Source: Lytechinus pictus (Eukaryota). From it: a DNA stretch of 64,000 bases. A program made the translations under genes and the position numbers. The notes under the pieces were generated by a model that did no database searches, was not told the origin of the DNA, and saw nothing but the letters and a program-made list of their open reading frames with translations. Below, in pieces: positions 12,401 to 24,981 of this stretch. The stretch lies in the NCBI RefSeq assembly GCF_037042905.1, contig NC_087251.1, positions 2,854,001 through 2,918,000 on the forward strand, in the 5' to 3' direction. Position 1 is the first letter of the stretch, and each line of letters begins with the position of its first letter.

Positions 12401-15400
12401 CTGTATTCATCTATTTTTCATATTTTAATTTCTTTATAACTGTTCATACATTAAATAAGATGATTTTATTATATGTTTTAGCCAGCTGTCCTAACCAGAA
12501 TGTATTGATTCTTCTGCCACAAGTCATTATGTATTCAAGCTTAAATTCGTTGAAAATTGAAAAAAAGAAGATCACTAGTAAAAAATATACATATTAGAAT
12601 GTGCCATTCTTCAAAGCTTGTTGCATTGCCTGTAATTCTACTTTAAGGTTTTTAATGAAGAAAGAGTTTCCAGTAAGTTTTAGTAAATAACATTTCTCAT
12701 GATTTTAAAAAAGCAAAAACAAACACATGTACATACATATTATTTGATTTTTAAACCTGGAGAGTCATTTAACAAATTATTACGATTTTATGCTTACTTT
12801 CAAATGGTGATTGTGATGTGACAATTATGTGTAAGACTTAGATCATTCTGTTATCTTTGGGAGTTTCTTAGACTTAATTTCAAGGAAAAGCATAACTTAG
12901 TTGCTGGTTTTTCATATTACACCTGAATCCGGAATTTTATGTCATGACATTTTCAGAAAGGAAAAAAAATGTGAAAATGTTATTGATTGTATTGAGTTGA
13001 CAAAATATTTGATGCATAGATCATTGTCAATGTGATGGAGTGAGTCAAATTGTTGATTTAACTCTGAGGTATCAACAAGCTACTAGATGAAATGTCATAT
13101 TTGATAAATTGTGTTGAACAGCAAGTTTATTATGTACTAAGCAGAACTAAAATGATTTCTCATTTAGGTGTCATATGAAAGGACAAAACAATGAACTTTA
13201 TGGTTTTCACTCTTCAGATTTTAACCCACTCTTGCCTTATATGCACTATACATTATACAAGTATATGTTAAGGTGTGAGTGTGTTTGTAGGGATGCAGTT
13301 CAATCCTTGGGATTTATAATGATTCAAGAAGTAAATGTATAAGGATAACGAGGATAACTGAGAGTGTTTTAGCTCAACATTATAATTAATATTCCTGAGA
13401 TATCTGCATCACCACTAGCATCGCAATGTTAACCTGTGCATTATTTCTGTTAAAAAACTGGTCTGGAATATGGATAAATGGCCCCTTAACTAGTTACAAA
13501 CTTGATTGATTGTTAAGATTCAAATAAAGCAAGGTCACATACATCCTCAGTGACATGATTAATACTACAGTGTAGCAATAGATATATTGCATGTACCATC
13601 AGTTACTTGCCTTTGGTGGACACTTAATGCACTCTGATGCATGTTAGTGCAGAAATAAAGAAGGTGAACAAGTGATGCAAGTGACCTAATAAGCACAGGT
13701 GATTGGCTACAATCTTTAGTTCATTTTAGTAATACTGTAATATTTCATTCAAAATTTATCTGGACAAAAACTAAAACTATGTATTCCTAATTACTTGTCC
13801 TTGATGACTTCAAGGAGATTAAGCCTTGTATCTGGTAGAACTGCAGTCAGCGTTATCCATGCATCAGAATTAAATCTAGCACATAAATACAAAAAAATAG
13901 TTGTATAATTCTTGGATTATCTAGTGGTCACATTCTTGATGTGGTTTACCAACCAGCATGTAAGAAAATACACAGAGTAAACTATTACTTGCCCTATACT
14001 TGATTTGTTCTGAGTTTTTTTTATGTTTTAAAACACTGAAGCTATTTTGCACAACTTGATTTTTACAGTTCTTATTCATTCCCTGCATGTGAATCTGTCA
14101 TAAACTGGCTAAATAAACTAAAATGTTTTAAATTGTTTTCATAACACTGTATAAACCTTCATATGAAATATAAAAGAAAATGATTCATGATAAGCCATTC
14201 ATCTTTGTGCAGACATTATTGTGAAGCATTGACAAAAGTGTGTAAAAAAGAAGATCCTATGTGTATATATATATATTGTTGGTATGATACTTTATATGGA
14301 ACTGTTAGTATGCACACATTTTCCTATTATCTGATAATAAATCATTGACTCATATATAATAAAATTTTGTGTATTTCTGATGTGATTTGTAAATAGAGCT
14401 TGTCTTTCGTTTTCAATTTAAGCCTTTTTCTTACATGATAAATAAAAAGCAAAAATAGGCATTAATGGGACATAATAAGTACCCTTTTCATCTTTTTTTT
14501 TCAGGTCATCCCAAACTAACGAGAAAAGGGGGAACCATGAAAGAGGGGTAAAAGAAAAGTCAATCTCTTTAACCATTTGGACTCAGTAAAGAAATTCAGT
14601 ATGAATCAAACCAGACTTGTATTTACCTATTCACAACAATGCATTCTACAGGCTTGCTTTTCAAGTTCTTACATGTGTCAAGCCATAAAGAAAAATGTGA
14701 TTGGTGGATACAATATCACAAATTTAAGACTTAAACTATACAGATTATTATTTCTGATGGCTTCTTTAAAAATTTATGGAAAATTCTGTATACATTAATC
14801 ATTCCAAATGATATTTTCAACTACCAACAAATAGCAATGGAAAGGAACAATATTTTTACCACTGAAAATATTTCAAAACATTTCATGACTTTTTTTCAAT
14901 TGTTCTAAGCTGTTTATTTGTTATTTTTTACTAATGTGATATCCTAGATGTAATTCAAAAGAATTTTTTTAAGTGTGTATGTGTGTTGTTGGTGTGTTTC
15001 TTTTATTTTTTTTTACTTCCCTCCTCTGTAGAAATAATAGGGTTCAAGTTTTAGCCTCAACCATTCCTAGAAGCCGATTTGGGAGTGTCACATTGGCCTA
15101 GTAGTGAAAAATTCAGTTCTTCAGTCCATTATTATTATTATTGGCATAATTCTTTGAAGAAAAAATATTAACAAAGTTCCTTTGCAAAAAAAAAGGTTTC
15201 AAAATACAGGGGAAAATTTCTTGTGTTAAAATCATGATGAATTATGTATTTTATGAAATTTCCATTAATAACTACAAAAGAGGGCACCAAAAATATATCT
15301 TAAATATCAACTTATTGTCACCACAAATGTGTAGATAAATCACCCCAGATAAGAGTACCAACAATGTTGGTAGGGGATGCTGGCAGATGCTCTTTTCCTC

Positions 15401-16559
15401 TACTGAATAGTAAAATGATAAAAACTTGCACATTTTGCTGTAAACTTACAATATTATCACCAAAATTGTGTATCAAATTATGTTGTTTTAACTATAAAAA
15501 ATGCAGAAGTTTCTTGTAATAAGCTTGGTCACTTTGTTCAGATTTCTTTGAAATACATTAAAAATCTGCACCCCGAAAAAGTCTGTGTACGGCTCTACTT
15601 TCCTCCGAAAACTGTAATATGGGCCCAAAATATAGGCCCGCTGGGGTGTGCCCCCAACCTCCCCCCCCCAAAAAAAAAAATAATAATAATAATATAATTA
15701 TTAATAATAAAAATAAATAAACAAAACATAAATAAATAAAACTCCAAGATTGCTTAGGGATTAGGCGTAATATGAGTGATTGCGAGACCATTAAAAATAA
15801 ACTTTTCAATAACATTATTTTTTTTGGTTGAAGGAAGTTGGACCCACTCCGACGTCTGAATTGCATCAAGATATCAACACTATGTGACAAGATGCCTTTC
15901 ATTCATTCATTTTTCATTTAAAAAATGAAAATGATAAAAGAGTGCTTGAAATGTCCAGTTTTCAGGTCAGCAGGACTTCATCAAATTGAATCTCAGCTCA
16001 TGCTCGCATTAATATTTGACGACATACGGATTGAAGTTATGATAACAAAAAGTGTTCCTTAAGTTTTCAGCTGGCATTTCGCTCTTATCATTTCTTTAAT
16101 GATAATAATGATGATAACGTTCAGGGTAGCCACTTCAGTTAGGAAACTGCTCTACCAGCGGGCCCTGCTTAACCCCCCCCCCCCCCCCCCGGGGGGGGGG
16201 GGGCAGTCAAATGTATTGCTGAACACACGCGTGGCCAAATTATTTCCAAACATCCCCTAAACAAATTTTTCGCGGGCGTTATTTACACATTTTGGCCTCT
16301 AAACAAGTTGTCGACAGAATATGACCCCGGGGAAAAAGCTTGGGAAAAAAAAAACATACCCTGAACACATTTGGCTAGTATTAAAAAAAAAAAGCTTTGG
16401 AAAAAACATATCCTAAATACGTTTGACCTTTGCGTTTGACCCTGCGATTGACCATTTTTTTTCAAAACTATAACCCTCTTTAAAAAAATCGGTGTTTTTG
16501 ATACGCACGGCCCTATATATATAATTATATAGTTCACGTTAGGGGTATAACATGTTTGT

Positions 16560-16787
16560 CAGGAGCCACGGAACAGGGGGGGGGGGGCTTCAGCCAAGAT
16601 GTGTTCACGTTGGTCGAGAGCTCTACTTTTATAAATACAAGGGAGAGCTGAAGTCTACCCCACACTTTTTTTCCAAAACCATGTATAAAAACGTAAAAAT
16701 GACTGCAAGTATCTGATATGGGATGTTTGCATGGTCATCCCCCCCCCCCCGGCCCCCTCCACTTTCAAAACCGTTCCACTGCCCCTG
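16560..16787. mobile_element. hAT-like MITE (CAGGAGCCACGGAAC...GTTCCACTGCCCCTG) carrying a WDR20 exon-1 fragment
   Basis: Imperfect TIRs with poly-G/poly-C subterminal runs. No clean TSD seen. Confidence 0.6.
16595..16653 (+). pseudogene. Duplicated fragment of the WDR20 exon 1 3' end
   Basis: Aligns by eye to 18961-19021 at 53/61 positions (6 substitutions, 2 single-base deletions). Confidence 0.85.
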
Positions 16788-17383
16788 TTTGTTTACTACT
16801 TGAGTAAACGTGGCAGATGAGTTTTTGCAGGGTTACTTTCATTGAAAAATTGGCGGAGATCCTCTTAACTTAAGTGTATTAAACTTGAACAGAAATTGGT
16901 TTGGCGGCAAGTCACAACATAATCACAATTTTCACATATCATAAATAAATTTAAAAAAAGGTTTGAACCTAATTGGCCGAGTTGGAAACAATACCATTTA
17001 CTTAAAGAGTAATTGATATTTTTTTTTCAAAATCAAGATATTTACAAGTGATCTGAAGATCTGAAGTGTGCTTTAAAAAAAATCATCCTTCAGGAAAACC
17101 ATAACAGTCAATTTCCTTCTCATCCTATACTAGTATAATGAAACTACTTATACCAAGTGATGCGAGAAACTAGTCGCCACTAAGTCCTCTCCCTGTTTAC
17201 CGAAGAGGACCTACTGATCTACAAAGTTTTTGCAAATGTTTTCAATATTTTTTTTGTAAAATTGTGCTGTCCGTTAAAATAATATATAGGAATAGAATTT
17301 ATACCAATTATTATCGTTGCTCATTTTCCCAGAATTGCCTCCCGGGGCCCCATCCCGCCCCCTCCTGTTAGACTCATACTGTA

Positions 17384-18451
17384 CACTCTTAGTGGTGATC
17401 ATATTATGGTTAGAACTTAGAACCTTTCTTTGGGAGAGCGGGGCAAGTTTGCTCACCACTTGATTTTCCACTTTGTTGTGACTGGTAGTTTTGTTGATGA
17501 TGTAATGTTAACCTGCCCAAGGTAGCAACATACCTTGGCGAGAGGTCATCTGCTTGGAATTCCAGAAAATTACGGCGACTCGTCCATTTCGAGGCCATTT
17601 TGTAAAAAATAATTTTTTCAAATTTCTTGTATCTTTTAATAGACACTCATGAATGCAGTTATGATATTTCTTTGTTAGAAATGTGTGATAACTGCTTACT
17701 GAAATATGCCTTTAATACTTCAAAATATGTTGTACATTTTGCGTAAAACAATTAAGAGAAAAGAAAACGGCTGCCCGGGGTCTTGCGACGGGGCAGGTCC
17801 GCCCTACTTTTATCTACATATAGACCCATAGGCCTACAAAAAATATCCTTATAATCATGACACGGAATGCAAGTATGTCGGTATGTGGGCGAACTCTCCC
17901 CGCCTAACCGGCCAAGGTGGGGCAGGTTCGCCCTGCATCGAAAAAAATTCTTTATATGGCCCATTTTTGCCAAAACCGTATGCATGTCCTCGCCTAAAAT
18001 AATATTAGGAATTAGGTAGATAGACCTTTATACATCCTAAAGCACGACCTTCCTGCTAAAGAAATTACGATTCTAGAAGATCGTGAAAAAAGGGGCGGAC
18101 TCGCCCCGCTCTCCCCTATCGTATTTGAAACCTTTTAAGGTTCTTGAAAGAAGCAGACAATAATTATTAACAGTCCTTTAATACCATTATAATAAGAAAC
18201 CCGTCGATCAGTCCCAATTGGTTCTTGATGGTGTAAACTTATAAGAACGTGACACGTGGGTAATCATCAAGACCTGCAAAATTTGTTGTTTTTTCCACAC
18301 CATAACAAATCCAAACGTTGTATAAAGAACCTTGTAGAACCGAAAATAGTTCTAAAGGACTATTAAGAAAAATTTTGGATTCTTTAAGGAACCTTAATAA
18401 GAGTCCCATAAGAATATACAAGACAAGAGCTTCAAAATTCGGGAAAGAGTG
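17384..18451. mobile_element. CACTA/EnSpm-like non-autonomous element with nested MITE (17432-18116)
   Basis: TA|CACTCTT...AAGAGTG|TA with AGAACC/GGTTCT subterminal repeats. The nested element has TIRs GGGAGAGCGGGGC / GCCCCGCTCTCCCC. Confidence 0.5.
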
Positions 18452-18559
18452 TAGCCAAAGAAAACTTGCTTAATTGCAAAATTTCTCTAAAATGAGGGTT
18501 GGGGAATTCTGTGCATTAACACAATGTCAAATTTGCGATTCTTTCTCAATATGGGCCCC

Positions 18560-18775
18560 TTATGGGCCCGGAGATATATATGCCGATGTTGTCATTCTGC
18601 TATATGGGTTGGGGGAGGGGGTTAATAAACCCCAACCAGGATCGGAGTCTCTGCCGAGAGGGGCGTGTAGACCAAGACCAAACTGCTTGAATTAGCCGCC
18701 GCCCGTGCATATTATAGCCAGTGCAGCGCCACCGTGCGCCGCTCACATCCGGGATTCTGTTCAGCTTCCAAAAAC
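18560..18775 (+). promoter_or_regulatory. GC/CpG-enriched promoter and 5' UTR region of WDR20
   Basis: Local rise in GC and CpG content immediately upstream of AAACATGG. Confidence 0.45.
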
Positions 18776-19021
18776 ATGGCGACTGCTGAAGGAGGAGGAA
18801 AAGACGAGGTGAAAACACAATTCACCACTCGAGAGGGGACTTATAAACTCATGACCTTGTCTGAGTATTCCAGACCTACCAGGCAACCGTACAGTGTCCA
18901 GTGCTGCCATCCCGTAAAAGTGTCATTTACCAGTATCAATGAGACTGGGGTGTGTAATGACAAGATATGTTTCAACGTTGGTCGAGAGCTTTACTTTTAT
19001 CCATACAAGGGAGTGCGGAAG
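18776..19021 (+). CDS. WDR20: WD repeat protein 20 (WDR20/DMWD family) exon 1
   Basis: MATAEGGGKDEVKTQFTTREGTYKLMTLSEYSRP...DKICFNVGRELYFYPYKGVRK|GTAAGT, the typical WDR20 N-terminus. Confidence 0.95.
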
Positions 19022-19891
19022 GTAAGTGGATGAGGGGAATCCGAGCGAGTGCGATCGCGAATGGCAGAATTCACAGAAGCAAGGCCTTATTTAAATGTTA
19101 GACAAGAATATTGGAGACTTTTTCTGGATTACCATAAAATAAGAAAACCAGCATGTACATGGCTGATAAGCGCATATAAAATCAAGACTAAACATGCAGG
19201 CCTAGTTTTTGCCATTATGGTAGATCTATAAAATTAAAAAGAAATAACCACCTTTTCGTTTTCTGGGATTTAAATAATTTCTGACATTTGACTCGTCCCC
19301 ACCAGAGCCAGGCATGTGAGTTTATGATGTAAACAAGGCCAACATGGCCGGCTAAAAAAGGCTGGATGAAAAAAAATGCCCAAACAAAAAATCGAAATCA
19401 GAAAAAGAAAGGTGATAGTCTACTAGTACTACATGTAGTTTGTAGAGTTCTCCTATTTTTAATGGAAGTTTATTGTAATGCTAGACATTGGAAACATCTA
19501 GTCTTGAGGACTCCATAATGATGTTTTTTAAAAATATTTTGACATATATTTCTTCATCATGGAGTCTTGAATCCCTGTCCATATAGCCAGGCGGCTTCTA
19601 GAGAGTAAAAATAATTTACTAACGTAAGGTCACTCTCATGAAGCCAGGCCTTGTATCCCATAGACCCACACAATGGAAGCCAAAACCTGAAACTTTCACC
19701 CCCGACATTTCTACGCTCTCATTGTTATTTTTAAAACAAGAATTCATCAAAAAAATTAAAAAATATTGTGAAAAGACGGAAGAGACTTGCCCGATGTTTA
19801 CGCCGCCATCTTGTTTCTTATTGTACTTCCCCATCGTTACGGACGCGAGCGTACTACTAATTATTTATAATCACGTATTAAATTTTAGTAT

Positions 19892-20165
19892 TTGAAGGAG
19901 AACACATGTAAAATGAAGCCAAAGAATTTAGGGGAGTTGTGGAACACTTGTGAGGCCGTCTTTAATGCCATTCAAGCTCACATCAACCAACTGTATGACT
20001 CCCTCCTAAGACATATGGCAGACTGTTATCAAGGCCAAAAGGAAGTCACATCAGATGCTTTAGTGATTATTCCTGGTGTTGCAGTCAGCTTGATGTTGAT
20101 ACATGTCAGAATTTTTTCAGTAATTTTCTACCATTGTGCAAATTCATGTTGGCAACACCCCCTGG
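19892..20165 (+). mobile_element. Tc1-like transposase C-terminal relic in WDR20 intron 1
   Basis: KPKNLGELWNTCEAVFNAIQAHINQLYDSLLRHM, then frameshifted VIKAK/GSHIRC, matching the Tc1 C-terminal consensus. Confidence 0.75.
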
Positions 20166-22188
20166 ATTGACAAGACTAAAAAACCCAGGGACTTCATGTA
20201 CATGAATGAGGAATAAACTTATAGAATGTCAACTTACTTTAGTGTTCTTTTTTATTCAAGCATTCAATTTCCATTATTTATTGATTTTGGGGAAATATGA
20301 ACTTTTCTGTTGGAAATTCAGTTTTAAAAAAATTGTACCGGTAGTCATCTCTAACTTAGTTGCATGTACTCCAAATATGTATTTAGAACCTCAAGAGCTT
20401 AAATCATACTGTATAGTTTAATTGATTTACAGAAAATTGCATAATTTGTTGAAATTTTTTTTTTATAAATGTTTTGAAAAAAAAAAAAAGTTTTTTTTAA
20501 ACAAATTTTTTTTATAATCACAACCTGATCAATCATAAGAAGCCAGAATGCATTGGACAGTGAAAATTATTAATATTATGCGAGTTTACTCTCCAAGTAG
20601 ACTGAAAGCTTCAATCTGTTTTGTTGGTTCCCCTGGACAATGTCTTGCTAAACTACACCTCTTCCATAGACTGAAGTCATTCTTCCACTCTGTACAGGGA
20701 ACCTATGATGCAAAATTAATAATTGATTTTACTGCTATTACAACTTTATTAAAACCAAATATAGGTCTATGAGGTGATATTTATGTGATCAATCATCAAC
20801 CTTTCATCAGATATTCAACTTTGATTCAGAGTGCATATCAATTTCATGAGACCATTGAGGTATCCAAACTATCCATGATCAGACACCGTGCCACCGTTTT
20901 CTCATTATTCTCACAAAGCGATCGATCATCCTTGCTTCCTAAATTGAATCAACATTTAATAATAATGATAAGAAATCAGTGACCCAAGCTCTGATATTGA
21001 ATGCCTAGGCCCCATCATGGTTGATTCCGACATTAAAACGTAATTCAGATTACAAATATTCGTTCCCTTCATCTTCTTAAAAAGATAGAACATTAATCTC
21101 TAAGTCTTACATGTAGCTTTGTCGTAGAATTCATAGAATATACATTTTATAAAGAAACTTTGAGGTGTAAAAATAGATGTATGATTATTATCCTTTTCGT
21201 CAAAAATACATAAGTCACATCCATGCCATTGAAGTGCCCAGCATGTTTTGAAGATTCGTTATATAAAATATCAATCTTAAAATAGTTGATGATTTACAGC
21301 ATTTCGTCAAGAGTTTGAAGGTGCCATTATAACATATCTTCACGTTACAAAATCGTTATCTTATGAAGTATGGCATGTCATTTTCGGTATGAAAAACACA
21401 ACCTTGCCCCATGTCTGCAAATTTTGCATGAGTATTCAGAGGTTATTAGAGACGTCTAGCATAAAATGCATGAAATTTATGATGATAGTTATGATTCTGA
21501 TTATTTAGATGTAAGTATAGCTGCAGAGAACAAACTTAAATTTTAGACAGCAACATAAACTCATAGGCCTAAAAGGCTTCAAACTTAAAATATGTTGAAA
21601 AGGGCAATCTGAATTACAACTTTAAAAACCTGCAGAGAGGGCAAATTCAACATATATATCCATCAAGTCTTACTTGTGTACATGTACATGAGAATTGTTC
21701 AATGCCACTCATGTATTCTATTAACGTATCAGAATTATTCATTATGAAAAGTTTGTCAGTATCAAGTCGGCCCGTGATGTACATTGTATGTAACTACTGC
21801 AAGAATGTTTTTTTCAGATTTTCTGAATATCAATACCGGTATTATGTTTCTATCTTCGTATTCACAAATTAAAATTTGTACAAATGCTAGGTTCCCCTTT
21901 AAATTGCACACTGTGTGTCACTGTTTTGTTTTTGTTTTTTTATAGCAAAATAGATTTGTATGGAATTTGAGATTTTGTCATGAATATTGAAATATTGATG
22001 GACATGCTCCTTCTGAAGATGAATTGAAGGAAACTTTTGCATGGATGAATATTCATTTTGTAATCTTGCTTGTTTTTCATGTAGGCAAGCATTCAGTCTG
22101 TATAGTATGTACATCAGTCAGTGGAGCAAATAATTTCTTTAAAAATCTTATCTAACCATTGTCCAAACATAATGATTTGTATTTTCAG

Positions 22189-22374
22189 GCAGCTGATTTG
22201 ACCAAGCCATTAGATAAGAGGACATACAAGGGAGGGACACTACCAACATGTCATGATTTCAACCAGCTCACTGCCAATGCTAAGGGTGTATCTGTTATTG
22301 TAGGCTTCTCAGCTGGCCAAGTTCAACTTATTGATCCCATCAGAAAAGATATTAGCAGGATATACAATGAAGAG
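22189..22374 (+). CDS. WDR20: WDR20 exon 2 (GC donor)
   Basis: ttttcAG|AADLTKPLDKRTYKGGTLPTCHDFNQ...GFSAGQVQLIDPIRKDISRIYNEE|GCAAGT. Confidence 0.92.
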
Positions 22375-22728
22375 GCAAGTCTTCTCTTGTTTTGTGTTCT
22401 AACATTACCAATGTTTAGGTTTTAGACTTGACATTAAACATTGATGTAATAGGTTCAGAAATAGATGTCAGACCAACATTATAATGCTGTTTTTGTAAGT
22501 TTTGGTGACCTGATTGTAGAACTTGAATTTCTTAATCTATATTTTGCCCGTATGTACCTATTTAATTAAAAGAGAGAACAATCTGTCAGCTGGGGCATGA
22601 TACTTTGAATTCATTTTAACTACTTACATGTACCTGTAGTATGTAATGTTAGGGCCTATACAGACCTTCATTTTTGAGGAGCGCGATCGCGCTGGTGCTC
22701 CTACCGCTCTGCTTAAAAAAAAATAAGA

Positions 22729-23210
22729 ACAAAATATCGCGCTCCTAAAAAAAAAAAAAAAAAAAAAACCTTCACAAAAAGTGGCTGAAATTTCACATTT
22801 TACATCTTTACATTCACGAAATAGGCATCTGTTTTCCATAATTTCTTGAAATTATTTTGATTTAGTTGGAAACTACCGAAAAAAAATGAAGAATATTCAC
22901 CTGTTTCCCGACTCTGATTTGATTTTAAACTCGGTAAATATTGTAGTCCCATATGTAGACTTTCATGGTAACACCATGGAAGTCTACATGTGGGACTACA
23001 ATATTTACCGAGTGTAAATCAGAGTCGGGGAAAGAGATGAAAACTCTTCATTTTTCTGATAGTTTTCAACTAAATCAAAATAATTTCAAGGAATTATGGA
23101 AATTAGATGGCTATTTCATGGATTTAAAGATGTAAAATGTGAAATTTAAGAAATTTTTTGTACAGTTTTTTTTTTTTTTTTTTTTTTTTAGCAGGAGCGC
23201 GATATTTTGT
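22729..23210. repeat. ~480-bp foldback palindrome (3-nt loop at 22970-22972) in WDR20 intron 2
   Basis: Arms are reverse complements from ACAAAATATCGCGCTCCT...CATGGT to ACCATG...AGGAGCGCGATATTTTGT. Confidence 0.9.
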
Positions 23211-23829
23211 AAACGTATTGACCCAGGCCTAGTTTCACCACAGATTAATTAATAGCTACACAGCTATTGCATATATGATGTTAAGAAAAATCTACAATTT
23301 ATCATACATTGTATTAAATATATTTGAGCTCCTCAAGGAGAGCGATTCTGAGGAGCTCAATTGAGCTCCTCAAAAAATTAGGAGAGCGATTTATTGAGCT
23401 CCTCGAAATTATAAACGTAAAGGACTGCCTATAAATGTACATGTAGTTGGGAATAAACCCTACTTAGAGGGAATATGCATTCTTTCTCTGTTTTATTGTA
23501 TGAAGAGACAAAATTGCTTCTCTTATCTTTGTATTTGTCATCAGACTTACATGTACATGTAGGAGGTACATGTATATTCCCTTTTCAAAATATATTCTTT
23601 TAAAGTGAATTGCTGAGCAAGATACCCATGAAACTGATAAGTACACATTCTACACAAGCAACAGACTAAATAATGAAAGAAATCCCTGTGGTATTCTGAC
23701 TCCAAATATAGACAAATATTGCATGTTTAGGCGTGTCAAGGTTGATGTGATTTTGATACTCGTCATAGTCCTCAGAACTAATTCCCTGTATTTTCTTTTT
23801 GTTTCTTTTTTAATCATTGTCATTTTCAG

Positions 23830-24981
23830 AGAATGATCGACAAAAGCAAAGTAATGTGCCTAAAGTGGGTTCCTGGAACCGAGCACATGTTCATTGCATC
23901 ACATCAGAGTGGATTTATGTATGTATACAATGAGACTGTAGTACCAGTGAACACACCTCCTCACTACCAGCTTGTAAAGCAGGGAGAAGGATATGCTGTC
24001 TTCACATGTAAGAGTAAAATGCCAAGGAACCCCGTCTACAGATGGGCAGTTGGTGAGGGTTCTGCCAATGAGTTTGCCTTTTCTCCAGATGCTAATTATT
24101 TAGCATGTGTTTCACAGGATGGTTTCCTCCGAGTGTTCAACTATGACACAATGGAACTCCATGGGATGATGAAGAGTTACTTTGGTGGTTTGATATGTGT
24201 TTGTTGGAGTCCTGATGGAAAGTACATTGTAGTAGGTGGAGAGGATGATCTTGTTACTGTATGGTCATTCTTTGAACAAAGGGTCATAGCGAGGGGTAGG
24301 GGTCATAGTTCTTGGGTCAGTGTAGTGACCTTTGATCACTATACGACAGGGATGATGAATGTGGATGGCACAGACTTTGGTAGCGATGATGACTTTGGTT
24401 CTCAGAATAATGACATGAGTAATAACAGGGAACGTTCATTCAGCAACTACTCAAGAAACTCTATACGCAGTACAAGTGACCTCCCTCCACCACACCTATA
24501 CAGGTTTGGCTCTATCGGTCAAGATACTCAGTTGTGCCTATGGGAACTTACAGAGGACATGATCCAACAGTTCCAACCCCCTGCAAGAACTCGCACCAAC
24601 ACTCAGCTGTCTGCATCCCATTGCAATAACATCTCACACAAAAGCAATGCCAGCTCTAACCATCCTGATGGAACCCACTCAAAGTTCTCTACTCTTTCGT
24701 TGTCAGACAAACACAAGGAGAAGAACAAGAAGGACAGTGTATCAAGTAAGAGTAGCGTGCATTCACATTTGAATAAGATGCACCTGAGGATCTTTGAGGA
24801 AGCATCAAAAGCTATTGGTACTCAGCTATGTCCAAGGTTGGATGAAGTTCTCACATTAGAACCAATTGTGGCTAAAAAGGTTGCACATGAGAGACTCACT
24901 TCATTGCTCTTCAGAGAAGACTGTCTTGTAACAGCGTGTCAAGAAGGGTTTGTCAGTACATGGGCTAGGCCAGGGAAAGTG
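23830..24981 (+). CDS. WDR20: WDR20 exon 3 (WD40 repeats)
   Basis: ttttcAG|RMIDKSKVMCLKWVP...SYFGGLICVCWSPDGKYIVVGGEDDLVTVWS...YRFGSIGQDTQLCLWEL...TACQEGFVSTWARPGKV|GTAAGT. Confidence 0.96.

Noticed and set aside
19892..20165. Tc1 C-terminal relic as the missing tail of the DD38E transposase (split or trans-spliced system)
   Set aside because: It is frameshifted, lies 16 kb upstream inside a WDR20 intron, and its downstream sequence does not match the DD38E element's TIR. It is an independent old relic.
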